DNA from: an uncultured Candidatus Saccharibacteria bacterium
GTDB taxonomy: Bacteria; Patescibacteriota; Saccharimonadia; CAILAD01; JADZBC01
DNA length: 64,000 nt
Direction of reading: 5' to 3'
Assembly (NCBI GenBank): GCA_964436255.1
Contig: CAYTBW010000004.1
Coordinates: 2,685 to 66,684, forward strand
Below, one piece after another: positions 55,605-64,000 of the stretch. Below the pieces are notes generated by a model. The model was not told where the DNA came from. It saw only the letters and a list, made by a program, of their open reading frames with translations, and ran no database searches. Each line of letters opens with the position of its first letter. The first letter of the stretch is position 1. The position numbers and the translations under genes were made by a program.

Positions 55605-57752
55605 TCAAACCTTCCTGAGCGGCGCGTACTCTAAGTTCAAGGTCTTTCGACCCACCCCGTCGAACATAACTATGGCCTCGTGGCCGTCTACATCTACCAC
55701 CGTACCTGTGCCAAAAGCTGAATGGGCTACTCGTTCACCGGCCGATAATTCAATCTTCGGCAGAGTGCTGCTGTCGTCCTGCTGCATGAAGCTACTGAAC
55801 ACAGAAGGGCTCGCGTGCTGCGGCTGCAATCGGCTCATTACAACAAGTTCGCTCGGAATATCACTTAAGAATCTGGAAGGCACGTTATGTTGACTCGTGC
55901 CATATAGCATCCTGCTCATCGCGCTCAACATGTAAAGCCTCTGCTTGGCTCTCGTCATACCTACATAGCAAAGCCGCCGCTCTTCTTCCAGCTCTGATGG
56001 CTCAAAGAACGTTCTGGAATGAGGGAATATCCCCTCTTCCATACCGACCATAAATACCGTATTAAACTCAAGCCCCTTAGCAGCGTGTAATGTCATGAGG
56101 GCAACCGTGTCTGCATCGCCCTTATACTGATCTACATCAGAAATTAGGGTGATCTCAGTCAGAAAATCTTCTAAGCCAATGTGGTCGTAGGATTTAGCTA
56201 CTCCAATAAACTCCTGTAGGTTTTCCAGCCGATCCTCGCCAATGGCGCTACCATCACTCAGCCATTCCTGATAGCCGCTGCGTCGCAACACGGCTTCAAT
56301 CAAGTCACTCAAGCTAAGTCGTTCAACGTCAGCGCGTAAACTTGCCGCCAATGTACTAAACTGCTCAAAGCTCTTGCGCGCACGCGGTGTCAGCCCATCG
56401 ACCTGCTCTGGGTTCGCCAGCACCTCCAGCGTTGCCACGCCGCTGCCCCGAACGTACGAAAAGAACTTGTTCAGGCTTGTGTCGCCCAACCCCCGAGGTG
56501 GTAAATTGATTACCCGCGCCAAGCTAACGAGATCGTTTGGCTGATATAAGAACCTCAAGTACGCCAGCATGTCTTTAATCTCTTTGCGCTCATAGAACCT
56601 AACCCCGCCGATAATCTGGTATGGCACGTTATAGCGCAAAAATGATTCTTCCAAGCTACGAGACTGCGCGTTTGTACGGTATAGAACAGCAAAATCATTA
56701 AGCCGCAGCATCGGATCTCTTCGGCGCAGCTCTTGAATCGTCTCAACAACGAACTTTCCTTCCGCCTGCTCGTCCCCTACCGTCTCGCAGATAATCTTGT
56801 CCCCGGCACCTAAGTCGGTCCAAAGCTTCTTGTCGCTCCTGGAAGTGTTTTTAGTAATTACGCTATGGGCTCCATCGAGAATCGTTTGGGTGGAGCGATA
56901 GTTTTGTTCAAGTTTTACAATTTTTGCCTGCGGGTAGTCCTTTTCGAAGTTTAAGATGTTTTCATAATTGGCTCCGCGCCATGAATAAATGCTCTGCCAA
57001 TCATCCCCCACCACGCAAACATTACTATGGCCCGCCGCAAGCATGCGAATGAGCTGGTATTGGGCATGATTCGTGTCCTGATACTCATCTACCATGATGT
57101 AGTTAAACTGCTGCTGATACTTTGTCAGAACCTCAGGCTTTTCGCGTAACAACCGTACAAGTTGCATGATCATATCATCAAAGTCCATTGCGCCGGCCTC
57201 TTTAAGCGCGTTCTGATAACCCGGGTAAATGTCTGCTGCCATTTCCTGCATCTTGCCAGATGCAATGTCCCCATACTGCGCAGGGGTCATCAGTTCATTC
57301 TTGGCAGAGGAAATAAGGTTGAGCATCAAGCCGGGGCTATACATCTTCTCGTCCAAGTGCCTGGAGCGCAAAATTTGCTTAATAACTGCTTGGCTGTCTG
57401 CTGTATCGTAAATCAGGAAGTTCGCTGGATAACCGATTGCAGCTGCTTCTCTACGTAAAATCCTGTTGGCCACAGCATGAAAGGTACCTAGGAATGGCAA
57501 GAATGTTCGGGACTCAGGCTGAACGCCCATGAGCTTCGAGACGCGCTCGCGCATCTCTGCTGCAGCCTTATTGGTAAATGTAACGGCCAGAATATTCGTG
57601 GGGGGGACCTGCTTTTCGATAAGCAAATAAGCGATTCTATGGGTAAGGGTCTTAGTCTTGCCACTCCCAGCCCCCGCCAACATCAATACGGGGCCCTCTA
57701 CGGTGGTAGCGGCCGCCTGCTGTGCTTCATTGAGTCCATCTAGAATAGTCAC
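55605..57752 (-). CDS. pcrA: ATP-dependent DNA helicase, UvrD/PcrA family
   Basis: AGAGSGKTKT, VDEYQDTN, the YRSTQ motif, TLHAAKGLEF, YVGMTRA. Confidence 0.93.
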   Translation of the reverse strand: MTILDGLNEAQQAAATTVEGPVLMLAGAGSGKTKTLTHRIAYLLIEKQVPPTNILAVTFTNKAAAEMRERVSKLMGVQPESRTFLPFLGTFHAVANRILRREAAAIGYPANFLIYDTADSQAVIKQILRSRHLDEKMYSPGLMLNLISSAKNELMTPAQYGDIASGKMQEMAADIYPGYQNALKEAGAMDFDDMIMQLVRLLREKPEVLTKYQQQFNYIMVDEYQDTNHAQYQLIRMLAAGHSNVCVVGDDWQSIYSWRGANYENILNFEKDYPQAKIVKLEQNYRSTQTILDGAHSVITKNTSRSDKKLWTDLGAGDKIICETVGDEQAEGKFVVETIQELRRRDPMLRLNDFAVLYRTNAQSRSLEESFLRYNVPYQIIGGVRFYERKEIKDMLAYLRFLYQPNDLVSLARVINLPPRGLGDTSLNKFFSYVRGSGVATLEVLANPEQVDGLTPRARKSFEQFSTLAASLRADVERLSLSDLIEAVLRRSGYQEWLSDGSAIGEDRLENLQEFIGVAKSYDHIGLEDFLTEITLISDVDQYKGDADTVALMTLHAAKGLEFNTVFMVGMEEGIFPHSRTFFEPSELEEERRLCYVGMTRAKQRLYMLSAMSRMLYGTSQHNVPSRFLSDIPSELVVMSRLQPQHASPSVFSSFMQQDDSSTLPKIELSAGERVAHSAFGTGTVVDVDGHEAIVMFDGVGRKTLNLEYAPLRKV

Positions 57753-57779
57753 TTATCTATTGTACCTTAATTACAAACA

Positions 57780-57817
57780 CCCCCGGAAGGATCCAGGGGT
57801 GTTTGTAATTACTCTAA
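57780..57817 (-). terminator. hairpin TTACAAACACCCC-12 nt-GGGGTGTTTGTAA after the LysM/CHAP gene
   Basis: 13-bp perfect stem. Confidence 0.75.
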
Positions 57818-57827
57818 GTAATTCTAG

Positions 57828-59000
57828 CTAGTAGATGTAGAGGAACTGACTGGCAGAGGTTGTACGTCTGTGTAGTACTCCCGCTCGGTAGTTGAAGTTC
57901 ATTTCCGAAATGTTGACTGAGCCATCAGGGTTAACAGACTCCACGTAGACTACGTGGTTGCTACGCTCCCAGCCGATCGCACCTGCACGCGGAGCAGCAC
58001 CGACTGCAAAACCACTCGCTTGAGCGTTATAGTACCAGCTGATCGCGTTACCCCAATTGCCTGGCACCGCACGTCGAGAAGCCACGTACCATGTACATTG
58101 TCCGGGGGTATAACCGCTGCCGCTGCCACGGTACGAGAACGCAGGCGCAGCAGGGGCGGCGGCGACTCGAGCAACTGCTGGGGCAGACGGGGCGCCGGCA
58201 GAGGCAACCTGAGGGATAACTCCGTCAGGAATGATAAGCTTTTGGCCTTCGACTGGCGCTGCGCCCTGCAGGTCGTTGAAGCTATCAATCAAGGTAGCAT
58301 TAGCCTGATAACGGGTTGCCAGGGCAGAAAGGCTCTCGCCCCCTCGAGCCGTATAGAGAACACCGTTTACTGGCAGAATGGTCAGATTCGCGCCTGGCCT
58401 AAGCACGCTGTTGTCATCGAGATCGTTCGCCCATTTAATTGTGTCGGTCGTAATGTTGAACTGCGAAGAAATACTCCACAAGGTATCGCCGTTCTTAACG
58501 GTATAAGTACTTACCTCGCGGGTCTGCACGGCTGCTTGCATTGGCTGCTTTTTGGCTAAGAAACCATCACCAGCAGTCGCCAGATAAACCTGTGAGCTTG
58601 CTGTATTAGCGATCTCTGCAACGTCAGCTTTGATAACGCTGTTTGTGGCGCTAGCTACGGCAGCACCAGTAGTTAGTTCGGAAGTCTGATCAACTGCAGA
58701 AACAGCGGCACCGTCGCCGCCCAACTGAGCAAAGGTAGGAGTATATTTACCGGCCAAAATAAAGCTTGCAACAGCAGTCAGTATTGCGAAGTGTACACCA
58801 AAGCGAGCAAAGCCAGCTTTGTGTTCACTACCCTTCTTCTTTAGGGCATCTAATTGTAGTTTTTCTGTCAGGCCAGATTGAGCCTGGGAAATTCGAGTTT
58901 TATTTTGCACAGCTGAGTTCAATTGAGCCGCAGTGTGCTGAGTTTTTATTTTCGAAAAAGTCTGGCTTCGTCCCACGCCAACGAATGATTCGTGACGCAC
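57828..59000 (-). CDS. secreted/anchored peptidoglycan hydrolase: two LysM repeats plus a C-terminal CHAP domain
   Basis: YTVKNGDTLWSISSQFNI and YTARGGESLSALATRY are the LysM repeats. The CHAP region runs CTWYVASRR...NHVVYVESV. The start (GTG 59000) is uncertain because no SD is present. Confidence 0.8.
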   Translation of the reverse strand: MRHESFVGVGRSQTFSKIKTQHTAAQLNSAVQNKTRISQAQSGLTEKLQLDALKKKGSEHKAGFARFGVHFAILTAVASFILAGKYTPTFAQLGGDGAAVSAVDQTSELTTGAAVASATNSVIKADVAEIANTASSQVYLATAGDGFLAKKQPMQAAVQTREVSTYTVKNGDTLWSISSQFNITTDTIKWANDLDDNSVLRPGANLTILPVNGVLYTARGGESLSALATRYQANATLIDSFNDLQGAAPVEGQKLIIPDGVIPQVASAGAPSAPAVARVAAAPAAPAFSYRGSGSGYTPGQCTWYVASRRAVPGNWGNAISWYYNAQASGFAVGAAPRAGAIGWERSNHVVYVESVNPDGSVNISEMNFNYRAGVLHRRTTSASQFLYIY

Positions 59001-59068
59001 TCTTAGGGTTAGGCCAAGTGCTTTTCTACTAATAAAGCATCTCCTCTAACGCGTTGGATATCTGAAAG

Positions 59069-59086
59069 TACTGCGTTAATACTGCG
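59069..59086 (-). promoter_or_regulatory. direct repeat TACTGCG-ttaa-TACTGCG (11-bp period) upstream of the LysM/CHAP gene
   Basis: Exact 7-mers at 59069-59075 and 59080-59086. This is a hexamer-N5-hexamer geometry. Confidence 0.35.
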
Positions 59087-59290
59087 GTTTGTCCTTCTCC
59101 TGGTTAATTCCAGGACCGGAGGGTTCGACCTTTGTTTCGTTAAAACTCCTAATCTGACAAACTGGTGCAGGCTCGTTCGCTCCCTATAAGTGGCTTTCCG
59201 CTTATGCTTCGCGAAGTTACTCAGTAAGTCTAGCATGCTCCCAGAAGGTGGTCAAGGCCACGTTATTGCCTACACAAAGGGCAAAAGGTG

Positions 59291-60298
59291 CTATTTCAGG
59301 TAGCGATCGATGTTTTTGTTGTGTTCTAGGAGTGTTTTTGCGTAATAAACCTGTCCATCAGGTCCCGCCAAGAAGAATATATCGTCTGTTTTGGTAGGAT
59401 TCAGAACAGCCTTGATCGACTCTAGACCAGGACTGCAGATGGGCCCCGGAGGCAGTGCCTTGACCACATACGTGTTATATAGAGACTTGAATACAATATC
59501 AGCCGCAGCTGTATTAGACTTGCCGGTGGCGTAATTAACCGTCACATCGCTCTGCAGGGAGATATTCTGATCCAGCCTATTTAGGAACACTTGGGCAACC
59601 TTAGCCCGATTGGCAGCGTCATTAGCCTCGAGCTCCACGATCGAGGCCAAACTAACAACATCCGCAAGGCTATCAAGCTGGCCATTGTTTGCCGAACTAA
59701 TAACAGGTAGGGCTTGGGCCTCGAATGCTTCAAGCATCTGACGGATAAAGCTCTCGGCAGTAGCGTTCACGCTCACCTGGTAGGTAGCAGGGAAAAGATA
59801 GCCTTCGACCTGATATTTCACGTCTTTATTGGGCTTTGGCAGAAAGGCATAGTCGTACTGCTTGCTCGCAGCAACTACAAACTCCTGTGAAGCACCAAAT
59901 CCAGCTTGATTCCACAGCTTAGATATCTTAGCCACGGTAAAGCCCTCGGGCACAACCACCTTACGCGCAGCCACCTTGCCGCCAGCTAGGTATTCGATAA
60001 TCTGTGGCATGTTCATGCTACCTTTGAGCGCATATGTACCTGGTATAAGCCGGTCACCTTGACCGCTCAACCGAGCGTACAGCGTAAAGATAAACGAGGA
60101 CGAAACCAAGTCCTCCTGACGCAACGTCTGGCCGATCTCAGCAATCGACTCCCCGGGACGAATCTGAATCATTACGGACCTTGTTGTTTGACTATTCTGC
60201 GGCACGTACACGGCAAAAGCCCACAGGCTTGCCAAAAGAGCAGCAAATACCGCAACGCCACCCACTACAGCTAGGGCTATTTGCTTACTTTGCTTCAC
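59291..60298 (-). CDS. mltG: endolytic murein transglycosylase MltG (YceG-like)
   Basis: N-terminal TM helix, then a YceG-like domain (LASIVELEA, NTYVVKALPPGPICSPG). Confidence 0.85.
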   Translation of the reverse strand: MKQSKQIALAVVGGVAVFAALLASLWAFAVYVPQNSQTTRSVMIQIRPGESIAEIGQTLRQEDLVSSSFIFTLYARLSGQGDRLIPGTYALKGSMNMPQIIEYLAGGKVAARKVVVPEGFTVAKISKLWNQAGFGASQEFVVAASKQYDYAFLPKPNKDVKYQVEGYLFPATYQVSVNATAESFIRQMLEAFEAQALPVISSANNGQLDSLADVVSLASIVELEANDAANRAKVAQVFLNRLDQNISLQSDVTVNYATGKSNTAAADIVFKSLYNTYVVKALPPGPICSPGLESIKAVLNPTKTDDIFFLAGPDGQVYYAKTLLEHNKNIDRYLK

Positions 60299-60698
60299 GT
60301 AGGTAATCCTCCAATATTATCTGTGCAGCTATGGCATCAATCTTCTCCCGCTGCTTACGGATTGGCAGCTTTGGATCGATGCGCTTTTGAGCCTCTTCGC
60401 TCGAGAGCACTTCATCCTGCATAATCACTCTTTTATCATAGCGTGAGCCCAGCTCATCTGCGAACTCTTCGGCAAGATGCGTTTGCTGGGTGTGCTGGCC
60501 GTCTAGGCCGCGTGGCCAGCCAACTACAAGCAAATTCGGACTATACTGACCCATAAGATGATGAATCTGGCTCCACACGTTCGCACTAGCATCTACCGTA
60601 GTAAGAGGCAGGGGACGATCGCCGGGAGTACATATGGCTACCCCAATCCGCTTACTACCGTAATCAAAGGCAAGAATGGGGCCGGTCTGCTGAGCCAC
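60285..60698 (-). CDS. ruvX: Holliday junction resolvase-like protein RuvX/YqgF
   Basis: ILAFDYGSKRIGVA and the LSSEEA motif. Confidence 0.85.
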   Translation of the reverse strand: MAQQTGPILAFDYGSKRIGVAICTPGDRPLPLTTVDASANVWSQIHHLMGQYSPNLLVVGWPRGLDGQHTQQTHLAEEFADELGSRYDKRVIMQDEVLSSEEAQKRIDPKLPIRKQREKIDAIAAQIILEDYLREAK

Positions 60699-60700
60699 GC

Positions 60701-62359
60701 CTAGTCAGTGCTCACCTTTATAATGACTTTGATGTGGCTACTGAGAGCTGGCATGTTCGGTAGGAGCGATGGGGTGCTATCCACCTGCGTCGACACCACG
60801 CTCGGGTTGTCTTTCTGGACGATTGAGGTCACGTCTTTCTTCGATTTACCTGCCGTATCTTTGGCAATCTGATCTGTGTTTATCTTTTTGCCGTAGTAGG
60901 CGTCGGCACTTACGTTAAGCTGGTAGCGCGTATCGCTCACTGCCCGCAACAACGTATATTTAGCATTATCGGCACCATTCTGGTACAGCTGCTGGTTGCT
61001 GTCTGGCAAGGCATCCTTAGCAAGGGTATCTAGTAGCTCGTTCACGGTTGCCTCGCTCGCGGTCACGACGGAATACGTGACCTTTACCGTAACTGTGCCA
61101 TTGGTGGCCTCCGCGTCAACTGGCACACTCGAGGTGACCGAGTCGGTAGTTGTGGCAAAGGTATCTTCAAATACCACGTCTTTCTTGTCAGCCTTAGCAA
61201 GCAACTCATCCTTTGATTCATTCGCAGCGGCATCAATGGCCTGCTGTTTGGCGCCATCTATATCGGCTTGAGTGACTACGGTCACGGTCTTCGAGGTGCC
61301 GCCGGAAGTTGAGCCGGTTCCGTTAATCTTCGATGTTCCGGAAACCAGAAATGTAGCCCCGCCAAGGTTATATTGGTCACCATTAGCCACCGCGGCCACA
61401 GAGACATTAACAGGAGATGAACACTTAAAACCAGTAACAATACTGAACGATCCAGCGGGAACCGTAACTCCGTTTGTGGACACGAAGGTCAGGCCGTTCG
61501 CAACCAACTTCGATCCTGCAGGCACAGAGCGTGGATCTGTGTCTTCGCAGTTCTTCAAGGCAACCGTCCCCGCAGCCTTTGTGCCTACGTCTTTTTTTCC
61601 TGTAGCGGTAAAGTTCTGTGTCAAATCCTTTTGCAACGTTAGCTTGGTACCTGCGAATGTGAGCGAATCGGTATTCGTTGCCACGCCAGACGTATCAACA
61701 ATAAAGTCTGAGTTCAGACCAAGCTTGTCGGCCTTAGCAAGCACCGTGAGCGTTGCTGTTGGCAGAGTAATTGCCAAGATCACAGCCAAAACAATACCCA
61801 TAAAGATGCCGATGCCGATCCAGAGCTTCTTTTGGAACGCATTGTAGTTAGGTACCTTGGCTTTTGATTTGTTCTCAGCGATATCTTCGGCCCCTAGAGC
61901 AGCCTCTTCCCCTACCTCGCGCTTCTTGACCACGCCTTCGTCTGAAGATTTTTTGGAGCCACTATCTTTACTCCCCTTAGAACTAGATGAAGACTTACCG
62001 GAGCCAGATGCCCCACTCGCGACCTCTTCTGGGTCTTGCTCTACAATGTCTGGGCGAATTGCCTCTTCGATAGCTTCTGGGACTTTCGGTTCAGCCTTTA
62101 GCGACGCCGCGACAGCCAAGCCAATACCTCCGGCCAAGTAGGTGGCAGTCTTGTCATTAGTAACCAGTGCAAGCTCCTTTTTATGGTCTTTTGCGGCCTT
62201 CTTGAGGAGCTTCAGGTTAACAGCACTCTGTAGCAAGCTTGAGCGTGCAGGTACAACCACTTTTACTGCGTCGCCTTTGGCGCTCTTTAGCTTGTCGATT
62301 GCCTCGGTAATTTCGGCATCAACTTCTAGATAGATAATTTCGGCGTCGTTCATAAGCAT
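60701..62359 (-). CDS. hypothetical single-pass membrane protein with a Thr/Val/Ser-rich extracytoplasmic region
   Basis: 552 aa. Cytoplasmic N-domain, Ser-rich linker (GASGSGKSSSSSKGSKDSGSKKSS), TM helix (WIGIGIFMGIVLAVILAI), then a beta-rich T/V region. Confidence 0.5.
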   Translation of the reverse strand: MLMNDAEIIYLEVDAEITEAIDKLKSAKGDAVKVVVPARSSLLQSAVNLKLLKKAAKDHKKELALVTNDKTATYLAGGIGLAVAASLKAEPKVPEAIEEAIRPDIVEQDPEEVASGASGSGKSSSSSKGSKDSGSKKSSDEGVVKKREVGEEAALGAEDIAENKSKAKVPNYNAFQKKLWIGIGIFMGIVLAVILAITLPTATLTVLAKADKLGLNSDFIVDTSGVATNTDSLTFAGTKLTLQKDLTQNFTATGKKDVGTKAAGTVALKNCEDTDPRSVPAGSKLVANGLTFVSTNGVTVPAGSFSIVTGFKCSSPVNVSVAAVANGDQYNLGGATFLVSGTSKINGTGSTSGGTSKTVTVVTQADIDGAKQQAIDAAANESKDELLAKADKKDVVFEDTFATTTDSVTSSVPVDAEATNGTVTVKVTYSVVTASEATVNELLDTLAKDALPDSNQQLYQNGADNAKYTLLRAVSDTRYQLNVSADAYYGKKINTDQIAKDTAGKSKKDVTSIVQKDNPSVVSTQVDSTPSLLPNMPALSSHIKVIIKVSTD

Positions 62360-62407
62360 TATTATAGCGTAAAGCTAGTCGATTAGCACCTTATGAAAAA
62401 TCTTGGC

Positions 62408-62635
62408 CTACTTCTTAAGCTTGAGTGATTTTACTGCGTAAAGCGCCCCCATAGTAATGCCGCCAAGCATGGTAAGAACGATCAAGATATCGTTTACCCT
62501 AATAAGGAAGTCGGATTCACCGGTCAACAACGACACGAGACTAATCACACCTACGAGCACAGCTGCAGCCACAGTAAAGAACTGTACGTCCCTCCTAATT
62601 ACTTCAAACTTGCTCATTTTGATTTTCTTAGCCAT
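62408..62635 (-). CDS. small two-TM membrane protein (75 aa)
   Basis: Clean ORF between ftsA and the 552-aa gene. Hydrophobic. Confidence 0.45.
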   Translation of the reverse strand: MAKKIKMSKFEVIRRDVQFFTVAAAVLVGVISLVSLLTGESDFLIRVNDILIVLTMLGGITMGALYAVKSLKLKK

Positions 62636-62702
62636 AACAATATATCTCCAATTTATTATTCTTGCGTATAAGTATAGTGCTTATGCTCGGCCGAGAACAG
62701 CT

Positions 62703-63971
62703 CTACAGGCTTAAAGTCCGGCTCAAACGCTGGATGATACTTTCGCTCAGGTTCTCGCTGCCCACTATGTCTAGCCCAAGATTCGCCAAGCCCATTGGCG
62801 TAATGTCCTGTTGGTTTACGAGCTTGCCGGTAGTATCGACCACGCGGCTCACTTCGCTCGGGCTCACGAAGCTAATCTTTGGCTTACGAGCAAACGGCAA
62901 CTTCTTTTGCCATTCGGGCGAACTCAAGGCCTTTTTGATTTCTGGAAGTGCGCTCGCCCCGCCACAAAGCATAATGCGTGCTGGTAAATGGTCCAACTGA
63001 TCAAATTCCTGAAGCGAGAGCTCAACACCACTCAGCCATACGTCAATGTCACCCTCGAGCGCCTTAGCTACTTCGGCAGACTTCTTGTCGCTGAGCTTAC
63101 CTGCGGAGTAGTCCAACTTCAACTTCTCGGCTTCTTCGAAGCTAAGGCCGAAAGAACTGGCAATGCGCTTAGTAAAGCTGCGCCCCGCGATTGCAAACAT
63201 CTTCGTCCCCTCTACGCCGCCGTTATTCACCACGGCAATGTCGCTAGTACCGCCACCCATGTCTATAAATATTGCACTAAACTCGGTTGAATCATCTGCG
63301 CCTACACTTTTAGCAACCGCGAACGGCTCTGCTGCGATGTTGATTAAATTCAAATCCAAATCACGAGCCACAGACTGCAATGCACCCAAGTGGACCATAG
63401 GTGCGAAGGCGTTGAAAATCTGAATGGTTACATCCCGCCCCTGGAACCCAACGGGATTGGTTACTCTGTATCCATCTATGTAGACGTCGACCACGGCAGC
63501 ATTCACGAGCTTCACGTCGATTTCCTTATAGCCTGTTTCCCAGCTCAGTTCTTTACGGACTTTTTCGAATGCGTCCTTTTGGATGCGTTCAATAATATCT
63601 TTGAGTTCTGTCTCGTCTATCTGCATATTCGGGCGAGCCCTGCGATAACTCACAGTAGTAGAGCCCCCCTTAACTAATTCTCCTGCGATTCCTAAAACCA
63701 CATCTCTACCAACCACGCCAGCCATCTGCTCGGCCCGCTTAAGTGCAGCATCGCAATTTTCCACCACCCCTGCTATGTCAGTTACCGCACCATTAGCCAT
63801 ATCCGTCAGTCGCTGGCGCTGCCGGCCAACGCCAATAATTTCGACCTTACCAGCCTTTACTTCGCCAATGAGCGCCTTGACGTATTCAGTACCAATGTCG
63901 AGCGCAACCAAGTATTTATCTTTTGGCTGCTTACTGTTCTTACTTTTAAATTTTGGGAGCTTAAATGCCAC
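62703..63971 (-). CDS. ftsA: cell division protein FtsA (actin-like ATPase)
   Basis: GTG start. LDIGTEYVKALIGE phosphate-1 motif, DMGGGTSDIAV, LCGGASALP. Confidence 0.85.
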   Translation of the reverse strand: MAFKLPKFKSKNSKQPKDKYLVALDIGTEYVKALIGEVKAGKVEIIGVGRQRQRLTDMANGAVTDIAGVVENCDAALKRAEQMAGVVGRDVVLGIAGELVKGGSTTVSYRRARPNMQIDETELKDIIERIQKDAFEKVRKELSWETGYKEIDVKLVNAAVVDVYIDGYRVTNPVGFQGRDVTIQIFNAFAPMVHLGALQSVARDLDLNLINIAAEPFAVAKSVGADDSTEFSAIFIDMGGGTSDIAVVNNGGVEGTKMFAIAGRSFTKRIASSFGLSFEEAEKLKLDYSAGKLSDKKSAEVAKALEGDIDVWLSGVELSLQEFDQLDHLPARIMLCGGASALPEIKKALSSPEWQKKLPFARKPKISFVSPSEVSRVVDTTGKLVNQQDITPMGLANLGLDIVGSENLSESIIQRLSRTLSL

Positions 63972-64000
63972 GAATGCCTACTTATTACTCCATAATTGTA

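Noticed and set aside
59009-59236. 75-aa ORF inside the long leader of the LysM/CHAP gene.
   Set aside because: It has no SD, an Arg-rich composition, and lies in a region better explained as non-coding regulatory sequence.
59001-59290. c-di-AMP (ydaO-type) riboswitch upstream of the wall hydrolase.
   Set aside because: The genomic context fits, but I could not find the conserved ydaO sequence blocks or the pseudo-twofold architecture by eye. It is left as a question for Infernal rather than a call.

Overview
This is a gene-dense 64-kb stretch of a small bacterial chromosome. It holds about 70 protein genes and 3 tRNAs (Leu-CAG, Gln-CTG, Ala-GGC). I saw no rRNA, CRISPR array, integrase or transposase. 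More than 90% of genes are on the minus strand, often with 1-8 nt start/stop overlaps.

The content is mostly housekeeping:
- DNA repair: uvrC, uvrA, uvrB, xth, an MGMT-family protein, pcrA/uvrD, ruvX.
- A tightly coupled sugar-phosphate operon: gap, rpiB, rpe, split transketolase, two PfkB kinases, trxB.
- A DsbA/VKOR/thioredoxin disulfide module.
- Translation and RNA functions: tgt-queA, proS, leuS, rpmG, rpmF, rpsP, trmD, rnc, nusB, obg.
- Cell envelope and division: smc, murF, mscL, mltG, ftsA, and cell-wall hydrolases.

Several universal proteins are unusually short (UvrC 496 aa, SMC 821 aa, ProRS 416 aa), transketolase is split, and rimM and rplS are missing from the rpsP-trmD region. 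From this I infer, without proof, a reduced Patescibacteria/CPR (Saccharibacteria-like) genome.

The most unusual signal is five short GC-rich segments sitting exactly in intergenic gaps between conserved genes: 7036-8577, 23866-24582, 32586-33326, 44962-45402 and 47863-48231. Hand-counted samples give 59-68% GC, against 48% in a uvrA sample. Each segment is an AT-rich sigma70-like promoter, then an unrecognisable or atypical ORF. Four of the five end in a long near-perfect GC hairpin without the A/U tracts seen on native terminators; the 44962-45402 segment has only a weak imperfect one. No mobility genes or flanking repeats were seen.

The largest segment lies between uvrC and uvrA. It carries two ORFs, a near-consensus promoter, a repeated TGTATTGAC motif, a perfect palindromic operator candidate and a structured 170-nt leader. 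Another encodes a cytidylate-kinase-like protein whose Walker-A lysine is missing.

All functional calls rest on reading the translations by eye. No database search was possible.
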